In this document: positions 8,292 to 16,882 of the stretch, piece after piece
Layout of the letters: each line of letters starts with the position of its first letter
How positions within the stretch are numbered: the first letter of the stretch is position 1
Origin: Trueperaceae bacterium
Lineage (GTDB): Bacteria; Deinococcota; Deinococci; Deinococcales; Trueperaceae
NCBI GenBank assembly: GCA_965214405.1
Contig: OZ243956.1
Location: 1,920,001-1,984,000 of the forward strand
Direction: 5' to 3'
Length of the DNA: 64,000 nucleotides
Made by a program: the position numbers and the translations under genes
The notes under the pieces: generated by a model
Databases searched by the model: none
The model's input: only the letters and a program-made list of their open reading frames with translations
Told to the model about the DNA's origin: nothing

Positions 8292-11200
8292 TCACGACCC
8301 AGCCTCTACAAAGTTTTCCTTCTTCTCCCTTTCGACATCTTCGCGCAGCCCCTGGATTTTATACTCGATGAACCTCCTGTGCTCGAGGAGCCGGACCGTG
8401 TTGAGAAGCGGGAGGAGCGACTCGAAGAAGTCGATGCGCGCCTGAAGGACCGAAACTCGGCTGCCCGACCAGTCCCAGTGGTTAGGCTCGAGCCGTAAGC
8501 CCCTGAAAGCCTCGAAGCTGGCGTTACGCGCTAAGAAGAGGCTTATGAGCGGCCTGCGCCTTCCCTCAGAAAAGTTGCTGATCACTTCGAAGAGGTGTCG
8601 CATGAACGTCACGTCAGCGTGGCGGAACTCGACGAGTTCGCCGAGGAGCTGCTCTTGCCTTTTTCTGATCAAGTCAGCGCCCTGCTTACCCTGCTCCAGG
8701 ATGAAAAACGCCTTTAGGTAGGTGCCGGGCAGGCGGAAGGGTGCCGTCTCATGCTGATGCACCCGCTCAACAGCGCGAGTCATCAACTGTTCATAGTCCT
8801 CCCTGAGCCACAGAAAGGAGAAGTCGCGCTGACCGTCGTGGCGGCTCACGTGGCCTTCATCTTTGTACACGTCGTCTATGTACTCGAGAAAAAAGTTTTG
8901 GTCAACGTCCAACATGTACGAGAACACTGTGCCGTCATAGTCACAGTGTCTTTCAACCCCGTCCAGCGTGAGATATGCCCTTTTCAGCACTTCAACATCG
9001 TTCTCAAAAATCTCCATCAGGTTTTTACTGATTTCCGAGAGTCCGTCTACCAGATGTTCTAAGACGAAGCTGCATCTCGAGTCGAACTCAACCCTCTCGA
9101 CAACAATTTCCACCACCTTAGGCACGACCCGCACGTCAACAGCTTGATACTCTAAGAGATAATCCAAATCATCCACGTTCACCATGTCTTCTGGCCTAGC
9201 GTCGCGGTACAAAACGTACAAATGCTCTACGTGCTGCTCTTCGATCTGCTCAGACGCCAAGTTCTGGTAGAAGCTGAGTAGCCACCTCGGCTTCGTCGGG
9301 TAGTCGAACTCTTGCAACAGGGCTAAAGCCCCCTCGGCACCGTGGCTCTGGATAAGGTGCCGGGTGATCCGGGAAATCCAGGTTAGTCCTAAGGGGTCGC
9401 CTAGCTGAAGATAGCGGCCTAAAACCGTTTTGAACAGCGCCTGGTCACGCTCTGCCAGGGCGGTAAAAACGTCCCCGACACCCCGGTCGACCTGGAACCG
9501 GTGGATGTGTTCGCTCTGTTTCGTTCTAGGGGAGATCTGGATTTCCCTGCTCTGCCGGAAAAAGGTGTCGTAATCAGCGGTTGTGTACGGTGAGAAGTGA
9601 GCCTTAATGCGCCCGTACCTATACTCCTCGAGCGTCCCGTCTCCCTCGCGGAACTTGCTCCTCTCGCGTGGGTCATGAATGAACAGTTTGGAGAGGACGT
9701 AGATCTCGCTCGAGAAGCGCTCCCGAAGGCTGGCGTCGAAGGGAATGTGGCGCCTTCCCAGCAGGCCCAAAAATTCGTGGACGGCCACGCAATGACTGTA
9801 ATTTTCGGGGTCGAGCCTTCTTTCGAGGAACGGCAGCACCAAAGCCGCGTCGCTCTCGATGATTTCTTTGGCGGTCGTTTTGTTACTTTCGATGACGTAG
9901 ATGTTGATCACGTCAAGCGCTTTGTCCAGTAAGGGCGGGTCGCCGTAGAGCCTGAACAGCTGCCCCCAAAGTTTCCCTCGCAGCCCGAACAGCTCCGGCG
10001 TCGCGGGGGGCTCGAAGTCGGTCGCCTGGAAGGTGTGGCGGCCCTTGGATTCCAGCATGTGAAAACGGGTCCGTAGGTAGTTGCCGACCACAGCAAGAAA
10101 CAGTCTCGAGAAGAGTCGGCTTTCGTCACCCTCTGCTTGTATTTGACGCTGAAGTTCATCGACTACTGCTTCTTGAACGGCGAACCCGTTAGTGTACGAG
10201 TAATAATTGAAGCCGAACTCCTCAGTAAGCAAGTAGAGCACTTTAAAAAAATCTTTCGGCCTTTTCTTCACATACTCAAACAGAAGTTCCAAGGCCATCT
10301 TGAAATTGTCCAAGCTCGCATACACGAACGCCCCTAGCACGCTTAGGACAGACGGGCTGGGGATGCCGGAGTCGGCTTTAGCCTCGAGCCTCGAGAGGTC
10401 TACGGCTTCTGGCTCCATACCGCTTATGTGCTCGCGCAGATACAGGAGCGTGTCTATTTCTTTTAGAAACCAAAAGGTGTTCATGAGGTAAAGCAGACCT
10501 TCCTGATCCCCGGCCTTTACGGTCGCCCGCCAAGCTTCATCAACGTAGGGGCGCATGACGTCCGTGACAGCTCCGTTATCAAAGGCGTCCAGAACAGGAA
10601 AAACCGCGTCGGCGAGTTTACGCTCCTGTTGGGGGAAGAAGTGCTTCAGGAGTGTCGAGAAGTCGAGTGTGCGTTCCTTAAAAAAGGCGAGGTAGAAGAG
10701 GTACGTGGAGAGCACCTGGTCTGAGAACTTAACAACCTCGTTCTCGTACATGTCCAACACCTCTAGCTCATGGAGCCGCCGCGCTGCTTGCCAAAACGCC
10801 CCCGGGGTGACACCAAACGCTGTGGTGACGCTGTTCATCTGCTCTTCATTTGATCTGTCTACAGCCCGGAAGAAGCTAATGATTCCCGCAGTTCTTAAAA
10901 GGTCCTGGTTGCCCAAATCCTCGAGATCTCCGCGTATGGAGCTGAAATACTCGTTGTAGAGCGCCGAAACATCGCGGATACTTTTCAGCGTGCCTTCATG
11001 CTTGGCTACCCGCGCGGCCATGACAGCTAGGCGGGGGTTGCCTTTGGCGATGGCGGCGATGCGGTCGAGGTATAGGTCGTTCCTGATCTCGTACTCATCC
11101 TCGAGGAGCCCTCTGATCTCTTTCTCCTCGAGAGGATTAAGCTTTACTTCCGCTTGTCCGCCGTACGGTTTCACGGATTCGCGGACCTTCTCGAGGGCGT

Positions 11201-12089
11201 AATCGCGTACCGTGACGACGATCTTGAACGCCTGGTCTTCCCGTTTGGTGTGGAGCAGTTGGAGGATGTAAGTGAAGCCGCTCACGCGGTTCGCGTCGTC
11301 GACGAAGATGAGGTACTTGCCAGAGTCGGAGAAGTGGACCCTCACGTCTTCGAAAAGGTCCGCCCCCCGATTGAGGATGCACCGCTCGCTGTACTCCGGG
11401 TGCGCCGCCGCGAACCTGGCGCAAGCTTCCAGGGCGAGCCGCGACTTCCCCACCCCCGCCGGGCCCGAGACGATGACGACGTCCTCTACGCCGAGCGCGT
11501 CTAAAACCCCCTGTAACTCCGCCTCCCTGAAGTAGAAGCTCGTGTCGAGCGGCGTGGCGAGGGGGCTCTTGTCGTAAGCGCTGACGAACTCGCCGGGCCC
11601 GACGATCTGCCCTGTGTCCACCTTGACGCCCAGGAAGTCGCGGGCGAGGCCCGGGTACTTCTGGTAGAGGTCGAAGGCTATGGGTCCGGGGCCATAAAGG
11701 TTTGGGTTGACGCCGCGCTCTCGGCACCGCTTCGTCAGACCGGCGTGTTCTTCCGGACTGAGGTCGGAGGTGTAGCAGAAGACGACCTCCGCGATTTCCG
11801 CGACGGGGACGCCCGTCTTCTCTTCGTCGAAACACTTTTCCAGGTCGCCGCTAAGCTTCCTGTAGAGGCCTCTCTTCTCGGTCGTGTGCTCCGCGAAGGC
11901 GAACCTGCCGTCGGCGAGCCTGACCAGCGTGTCGGGCGTGCCTACCCTCACCTTGTCCGCCCCGACGACGGAGCCGAGCGGGTTGAGGTTTTCGTAGCCC
12001 CGCCTGGAGAGATACGTGTCGGCGAGCTTTTGGAACGCGCCCCCGTTGAGCTCTGACAGGGCGCGCTGAATCTGGTTGAATTTCGACAT
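8292..12089 (-). CDS. Putative antiviral STAND/Avs-like protein: N-terminal PD-(D/E)xK-like nuclease, P-loop NTPase, long helical C-terminal region
   Basis: 1265 aa. N-terminal FQKLAD...GTPDT...FAEHTT resembles a restriction-endonuclease fold; Walker A GPAGVGKS, Walker B LIFVDD, sensor VTVR, GNPRLA (GxP) motif. Adjacent to MADS. Confidence 0.7.
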   Translation of the reverse strand: MSKFNQIQRALSELNGGAFQKLADTYLSRRGYENLNPLGSVVGADKVRVGTPDTLVRLADGRFAFAEHTTEKRGLYRKLSGDLEKCFDEEKTGVPVAEIAEVVFCYTSDLSPEEHAGLTKRCRERGVNPNLYGPGPIAFDLYQKYPGLARDFLGVKVDTGQIVGPGEFVSAYDKSPLATPLDTSFYFREAELQGVLDALGVEDVVIVSGPAGVGKSRLALEACARFAAAHPEYSERCILNRGADLFEDVRVHFSDSGKYLIFVDDANRVSGFTYILQLLHTKREDQAFKIVVTVRDYALEKVRESVKPYGGQAEVKLNPLEEKEIRGLLEDEYEIRNDLYLDRIAAIAKGNPRLAVMAARVAKHEGTLKSIRDVSALYNEYFSSIRGDLEDLGNQDLLRTAGIISFFRAVDRSNEEQMNSVTTAFGVTPGAFWQAARRLHELEVLDMYENEVVKFSDQVLSTYLFYLAFFKERTLDFSTLLKHFFPQQERKLADAVFPVLDAFDNGAVTDVMRPYVDEAWRATVKAGDQEGLLYLMNTFWFLKEIDTLLYLREHISGMEPEAVDLSRLEAKADSGIPSPSVLSVLGAFVYASLDNFKMALELLFEYVKKRPKDFFKVLYLLTEEFGFNYYSYTNGFAVQEAVVDELQRQIQAEGDESRLFSRLFLAVVGNYLRTRFHMLESKGRHTFQATDFEPPATPELFGLRGKLWGQLFRLYGDPPLLDKALDVINIYVIESNKTTAKEIIESDAALVLPFLERRLDPENYSHCVAVHEFLGLLGRRHIPFDASLRERFSSEIYVLSKLFIHDPRERSKFREGDGTLEEYRYGRIKAHFSPYTTADYDTFFRQSREIQISPRTKQSEHIHRFQVDRGVGDVFTALAERDQALFKTVLGRYLQLGDPLGLTWISRITRHLIQSHGAEGALALLQEFDYPTKPRWLLSFYQNLASEQIEEQHVEHLYVLYRDARPEDMVNVDDLDYLLEYQAVDVRVVPKVVEIVVERVEFDSRCSFVLEHLVDGLSEISKNLMEIFENDVEVLKRAYLTLDGVERHCDYDGTVFSYMLDVDQNFFLEYIDDVYKDEGHVSRHDGQRDFSFLWLREDYEQLMTRAVERVHQHETAPFRLPGTYLKAFFILEQGKQGADLIRKRQEQLLGELVEFRHADVTFMRHLFEVISNFSEGRRRPLISLFLARNASFEAFRGLRLEPNHWDWSGSRVSVLQARIDFFESLLPLLNTVRLLEHRRFIEYKIQGLREDVEREKKENFVEAGS

Positions 12090-12217
12090 ATGTATTAATC
12101 ATACCTACCACGTCATTCGCCGCCCGGAAAGGTGGTTGATATAGGTGCTGTGCTTGGCACAAGTCTTCAGGACTTGCCGACCCGTTATACCCTAAATTGT
12201 GGGGTATGATGCCGGGC

Positions 12218-13087
12218 GTGATCTACACGCCAGAACCCCCGGCCGTTCCCCCTTTCCGCGCCGTCTACGGCGTCGACTTCAGCGGGGCCAGGCTGGCGGG
12301 CAGGACCACCTGGGTCGCCCGGCTCGAGCCTAAGTCGGGGGAAGGGCCGCCCTTCGCCCTGACGGCGCTGCGACCCCTCGAGCGGCTCTGCGGGACGGCC
12401 GAGCGCGCCCCCGCGCTGGCGGCCTTGGTCGAGATGGCGCGGGTTTCCGAGGACTGCCTCTGGGGGCTGGGCTTCCCCTTCGGCTTCCCCGCCGAGGTCG
12501 CCGGGCCCTGGGGCGGGCAGCTCGAGCTCGTGAAAGCTTGGGGCGACGACGCCTACGGCCTGGGGCTCGAGCTGGTGCGCCGCGCCGAGGAGGGCTTCGG
12601 GCGCAAGCACCTGCGGCGGCTGACCGACCTGGAGCACAGGGCGCCGCACGACCCCTACCACTACCGGGTCATCTACCAGACCTTCTTCGGGATGCGCGAC
12701 GTGCTGGACCCGCTGCTGCTGGTCCCCGGCACGGCGGTCTTGCCCTTCCGATACCGCTGCCTGCCGGAGGCGCGCCGCGTCATCGTCGAGGCCTGCCCGG
12801 CCACGACGCTCGACCGGCTGGGGCTGCCGAGGCGCAACTACAAGAGGCCGCAGGGCGGGGCGCTCGACGCCAAGCAGCGGAAGGCCAGGAGGCAGGTCCT
12901 GCGCGGCCTCCGCGGGCACGTCGCGTATAGCGAGCACCGGCGGCGGGTGATGGCCCGTGACCCGGGCGGGGACGCGCTGGACGCGGTGCTGGCGGGCCTG
13001 GGCGCGGCGCTGGCCTTCGGGGAGGCGGACCACGCGGCGATAGCTGCTCATCCTCGCTACAGGCTCGAGGGCAGGCACTTCGCCTAG
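12218..13087 (+). CDS. DUF429-like protein (predicted RNase H-like nuclease fold)
   Basis: YGVDFSGA N-terminal motif, GLGFPFGFP, RLTD, IVEACPA, DALDAVLA and terminal EG motif. Probable leaderless GTG 7 nt after TATGAT; alternative starts at 12206/12209. Confidence 0.7.
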   Translation: MIYTPEPPAVPPFRAVYGVDFSGARLAGRTTWVARLEPKSGEGPPFALTALRPLERLCGTAERAPALAALVEMARVSEDCLWGLGFPFGFPAEVAGPWGGQLELVKAWGDDAYGLGLELVRRAEEGFGRKHLRRLTDLEHRAPHDPYHYRVIYQTFFGMRDVLDPLLLVPGTAVLPFRYRCLPEARRVIVEACPATTLDRLGLPRRNYKRPQGGALDAKQRKARRQVLRGLRGHVAYSEHRRRVMARDPGGDALDAVLAGLGAALAFGEADHAAIAAHPRYRLEGRHFA

Positions 13088-13262
13088 CGGGGGCGCGGCG
13101 GCTGGGCGGCGCGGAGCTTTATGCGCGTGTTGCGCGTAGCTCACGCACAAAGACCTGTCACAAAGACCGAAAGCGTCTCCAGTCACCCCTACTCAAACCA
13201 TCCAGGCTGCCCCTTATATGGCTCGAGCTGTCGTTAGCCAGCGTCGCACCTTTTATCTCATT

Positions 13263-13293
13263 AAAAAAACTTCCTCAAGTGTTATTGAGGAAG
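13263..13293 (-). terminator. Rho-independent terminator of the CHRD lipoprotein gene
   Basis: Stem CTTCCTCAA/TTGAGGAAG followed by a T-run on the minus strand. Confidence 0.7.
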
Positions 13294-13340
13294 CAACGGT
13301 CTCTTTGTCGGCAACTACTTCATGAAAAAAATGGATAGCT

Positions 13341-14930
13341 CTATGGGACTCCTTCTGTAGCCACGCTCCTCTGACTGCCGCTTACGCTGACGTCCCCACG
13401 CATACTCCCGGTATGCACGCCGCAGTTGTAGCGCTGCAACTCTGCTGCAAGCGCCGCTGTGAGCGTAAACGTAACGGCGTCATCCTCCGCCTTAAAGTTC
13501 ACCGCCTCGTCATCCTCAAAGCTGCCTGTCAGCGCGTTCTGGGCGAGCAGCAGGTTCTCGTCCCCCTCGCCGTTCAGTTCAAAGGGATGCACGTCGCTGT
13601 TGACGCCGCTCAGGTCGAACCGGTAGCGCTTACCGACCTCGAGCCTCAGCGCCGCGTTGTCCTCGCCCGTAGCGGCGAAGTCGTCCGCCCCCTCGACCGA
13701 CGTCACCTGCCACGCCGTCGTCCCGATGTTAGTGAATTTGGCGGTGACGTCCGCCGCTCTATCCTCGCCCTCGTCCGGCTCGCCGGGCTCGTTCGGCTCG
13801 CTCGGCGGCGTTTTGCTCAGTTGGGCGCGTATCTCGCCGTCTTGGTAAGTCTCGGTGTGAACGTTGAGGTAGTAGCCGCCCGCCCGGAAGACCGCCTGCT
13901 CGTCGGTGGAGAGCCGCTGGGTGAGCGAGAAACTGCCGCCTTGCGCGTCGTCATCGGCGGAGACCTCTAAAGGAAAGGCGATAGGACCGTTTTCGCCCGC
14001 GTCGCCCACGTGGATATGCGCGGGGCTACCGTCCACGTCGTAGAGGTCGCTCGAGAGGTTGTCAAAGTCGCCCGTCACGGTGAGGGTGTCGCCCTCCAGG
14101 GTCGCCGTGGCGCTGCCGCTCGCGTCCGTGTCCACCGGGGGAACCTCAAAGCGCCCCGCCAGCTCGACCTTATAGGTCACATCTTCTTCGCCCGGTTGCT
14201 CGTCGCTGATCTGCCCGCGCAGCTCGCCGCCGTTATAGGCTTCCGTGTGGATGTTGATGTAGTAGCCGCCCGCCTCGAGCGTCGCGATCTCGTCGGTGGT
14301 GAGCGTCTGCTCGCCCGTGAACGAGCCGCTGCGCCGGTCCTCGTCCAGCTCGACTTTGAGCGAGAAGAAAATGTCGCCGTTTTTGCCCGCCTTGCCGAAA
14401 TGCACGTGCGAGGGGCTGCCGTTGATGGGGTAGGGGTCGCCGGAAAGGTCGTAAAAGTTGCCGTTCACGGTGAGCCGATCGCCGATGAGCGTGGCGCTCG
14501 CCGCGCCGTAGGCGCCCGTCTCGATGGGCGGCACTTCGTTCTCGCCCGAGAGGACGATGTTTTTGTACGTCAGCGTCTTTTCGGCGGGCTCTTCGCCCCC
14601 ACCGCTCACCTCGATGACCAGGGAGCGGTTGCGCGTGCCCCGGTTGTTGTTGGCGATGAGCATGTACTCGGTGGTTTCTGTGGGGTTCACCGTGACGCTG
14701 CTGCGCCCGGTCACGTCGCCGACGCCCGGTAGCAGCGTCAAGGTGATGGGGCTCGAGCCGCTCACCTGCCAGGTCAAGGTCGTGTTCTCGCCCGCGCTGA
14801 TGACGTTCTCCGAGGCGGTAAAGGTCGCAATCGTGGGCGCGGTAAAGCGCGGCAGCGCGTCACCCAGTCCCAGGTCGCAGGCGGTCAGGAACAGAGCGAG
14901 CAAGGTCAGACTGTAGAGCGTCCGTTTCAT
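13341..14930 (-). CDS. Lipoprotein with Ig/PKD-like domain, two CHRD domains and a C-terminal cupredoxin-like domain
   Basis: Lipobox LTAC. Two repeats of LSG.NEVPP...HVH/HIH.G.AG.NG...G.YY.N.HT.....GE.R.Q (CHRD). C-terminal HPF...YNCGVHTGSM fits a type-1 copper ligand set. Confidence 0.8.
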   Translation of the reverse strand: MKRTLYSLTLLALFLTACDLGLGDALPRFTAPTIATFTASENVISAGENTTLTWQVSGSSPITLTLLPGVGDVTGRSSVTVNPTETTEYMLIANNNRGTRNRSLVIEVSGGGEEPAEKTLTYKNIVLSGENEVPPIETGAYGAASATLIGDRLTVNGNFYDLSGDPYPINGSPSHVHFGKAGKNGDIFFSLKVELDEDRRSGSFTGEQTLTTDEIATLEAGGYYINIHTEAYNGGELRGQISDEQPGEEDVTYKVELAGRFEVPPVDTDASGSATATLEGDTLTVTGDFDNLSSDLYDVDGSPAHIHVGDAGENGPIAFPLEVSADDDAQGGSFSLTQRLSTDEQAVFRAGGYYLNVHTETYQDGEIRAQLSKTPPSEPNEPGEPDEGEDRAADVTAKFTNIGTTAWQVTSVEGADDFAATGEDNAALRLEVGKRYRFDLSGVNSDVHPFELNGEGDENLLLAQNALTGSFEDDEAVNFKAEDDAVTFTLTAALAAELQRYNCGVHTGSMRGDVSVSGSQRSVATEGVP

Positions 14931-14987
14931 TTCATCCTTTCTTTGCGCTTGTCTTCGCTTGGGGTTGGTCTTGACACCAAAGTAGAA

Positions 14988-15014
14988 GAGGGCGCGGGGA
15001 AGCCGCGCGCCCTC
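14988..15014 (-). terminator. Intergenic hairpin between the two lipoprotein genes
   Basis: GAGGGCGCG...CGCGCCCTC inverted repeat. Confidence 0.5.
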
Positions 15015-15030
15015 TCTAACTGCCCAGCGT

Positions 15031-16539
15031 TTAGTCGTTTTCAGCCGTTATCGTTATCGTGACCTTTGCCGTCGCGCTGTAGTTCCCGTAGTAGAAGGTG
15101 TACTCGTACTCGTCTTGCGGGTAGTACGTGTCGTCGTTCGGCTCGTACTCGATGTAGTCATAGCCGTCTGAGATGTCGACCTTGCCGTAGCGCGGCGCTT
15201 TGGTCACCTCTAGGCGAAGCTCGCTCCTCGAGACGTAGTACTCGTCGTTCGCCAGCACGTCGGTCTTGACGGATTCGTCCTGCCCCGTTTGGGCGCTGTC
15301 GTCATAAGCCTGGGGCTTTTTCTCCTCGTCGGCTTGGCTGATTTTGACCGTCACCTTCGCGGTCGCGCTGTACTCACCGTAATAGAGCGTGTACTCGTAA
15401 GAATCCTCCGAATAGTAAGTCTCGCTCGGCGTGTAGGTGATGTACTGGTAGCTGTTGTAAACCTCGGCTTTGCCGTACCGGGGCGCTTTCGTGACCTCCA
15501 AGCGGATTTGGCTTTTATCGACGTAGTACTCATCGTTGGCAAGCACGTCTGTGTTGACAGGCTTGCCCTGCTTGGTTTCGGCGTAGTCGTCGTTCGCTTT
15601 GGGTTCTTTTTTCTCCTCGACCTTATTGATAACGACGGTCACCTTCGCGGTCACGCTGTATTCGCCGTAGTAGAAGGTGTACTCGAACGAATCTTCGGGG
15701 TAGTACGTTTCAGCGGGCGTGTAGGTCACGTACTCGTAGCGGTTGTAGACTTCCGCCTCGCCGTACCGGGGTGCTTTGGTGATCTCGACGCGAATCTCTT
15801 CTTTGGAGACGTAGTAACTGTCGTTGGAGAGCACGTCGATGTTGACGGATTTGCCCTGGTCGGTCATGGCGCGGTCGTCGCGGGCCTCGGGCTTTTGCTC
15901 CTCGCCCTGCCGCTTGATGGTCACGGTGACGGTGGCGCTGACGGCGTACTCGCCGTAGTAGAGCGTGTATTCGTAGGAGTCTTGAGGCTGATAGCTGCCT
16001 CTCGGGGTGTAGGTGATGTATTCGTAGCCGCCGACGACCTCCGCGCTGCCGTACCGCGGCGCTTTCGTGACCTCTAGGCGGACTTGGCTCTTATCGACGT
16101 AGTATTCATCATTCGCGAGCACGTCCGTGTTGACGGGGCTGCCCTCCTGGGTGGTCGCGGTGTCGTCGAAGGCTTTAGGCTCTTCAGGGTCCGGCTGTTG
16201 GTTCTCCTCGCTCACAGTGACGGTGACGCTCTGCTCGCGCGTGCCCCGGTTGTTGTTCGCGGTGAGCTTGTAGGTCGTCGTCTCGGCTGGGCTGACCGTG
16301 ACGCTGCTGCGCCCGGTCACGTCGCCCGGCTCCGGCGTGAGGGTCAGGGTTACGGGGCTCGAGCCGCTCACCTGCCAGGTCAGCACGGTGCTCTTGCCGG
16401 GCGTGATGGTGTCGTCCGAAGCGGTCAAGGTCGCTATCGTAGGCGCTTCAAAGCGCGGCAGGGCGTCGCCGAGACCCAAGTCACAGGCGGTCAGGAAAAT
16501 TAACAGGACGGGTACAAGGATGCTAAGGGTGCGTTTCAT
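15031..16539 (-). CDS. Lipoprotein with Ig/PKD-like domain and four Tyr-rich cadherin/Big_9-like repeats
   Basis: Lipobox LTAC. Four ~95-aa repeats A.DD.A.T.Q...V..DVL.ND.YYV....R.E.TKAPRYG...Y.YITYTP...D.YEYT.YYG.Y...A.VT..I. Confidence 0.78.
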   Translation of the reverse strand: MKRTLSILVPVLLIFLTACDLGLGDALPRFEAPTIATLTASDDTITPGKSTVLTWQVSGSSPVTLTLTPEPGDVTGRSSVTVSPAETTTYKLTANNNRGTREQSVTVTVSEENQQPDPEEPKAFDDTATTQEGSPVNTDVLANDEYYVDKSQVRLEVTKAPRYGSAEVVGGYEYITYTPRGSYQPQDSYEYTLYYGEYAVSATVTVTIKRQGEEQKPEARDDRAMTDQGKSVNIDVLSNDSYYVSKEEIRVEITKAPRYGEAEVYNRYEYVTYTPAETYYPEDSFEYTFYYGEYSVTAKVTVVINKVEEKKEPKANDDYAETKQGKPVNTDVLANDEYYVDKSQIRLEVTKAPRYGKAEVYNSYQYITYTPSETYYSEDSYEYTLYYGEYSATAKVTVKISQADEEKKPQAYDDSAQTGQDESVKTDVLANDEYYVSRSELRLEVTKAPRYGKVDISDGYDYIEYEPNDDTYYPQDEYEYTFYYGNYSATAKVTITITAEND

Positions 16540-16636
16540 CGACTCTCCTCTTTTTGAACTGGCGCGTGTTTACAAGACGTCTTCTTTGGCTGTGATGATG
16601 TTCACATCAAACCTCACCTCCCCCTTCCATATGAAG

Positions 16637-16662
16637 AAACGCACAAAAGCGCCAAGGATATG
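16637..16662 (-). promoter_or_regulatory. Candidate ECF-sigma promoter CATATCC-N14-CGTTT
   Basis: Same motif and spacing as the site upstream of the sigma gene (19953-19978). Confidence 0.45.
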
Positions 16663-16825
16663 CGTCCGCCACCGCGGCGCGGCGAGACTCGCGCATGTAT
16701 ACACAGAAAGCGCGTCAGAGACGCGAATTTTGTTTTGATAATGCGCTTAGTGATAGACAGCTCGGTGATAGAGGTGCGTCGGGCAAGCCCAACGAACGGA
16801 GGTCCGACCAGCGAAGCGGGGCGGC

Positions 16826-16862
16826 AAAAAAGAACGCCGCAGGCGATCTGCGGCGTTTCTTG
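16826..16862. terminator. Rho-independent terminator downstream of the beta-propeller gene
   Basis: AACGCCGCAG/CTGCGGCGTT stem flanked by A-rich and T-rich tails. Confidence 0.75.
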
Positions 16863-16882
16863 AAACTCGCTTTTAGGTTAAC

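Noticed and set aside
620..8498. Many long overlapping ORFs on the opposite strand or alternative frames (e.g. 3245-4381, 6488-7579)
   Set aside because: Shadow ORFs typical of high-GC coding DNA, with no recognisable motifs; the same applies across the window.
15040..16180. Periodic DNA repeats resembling a CRISPR array
   Set aside because: They are ~290-bp coding repeats of Ig-like domains, not identical short repeats with unique spacers; no cas genes are present.
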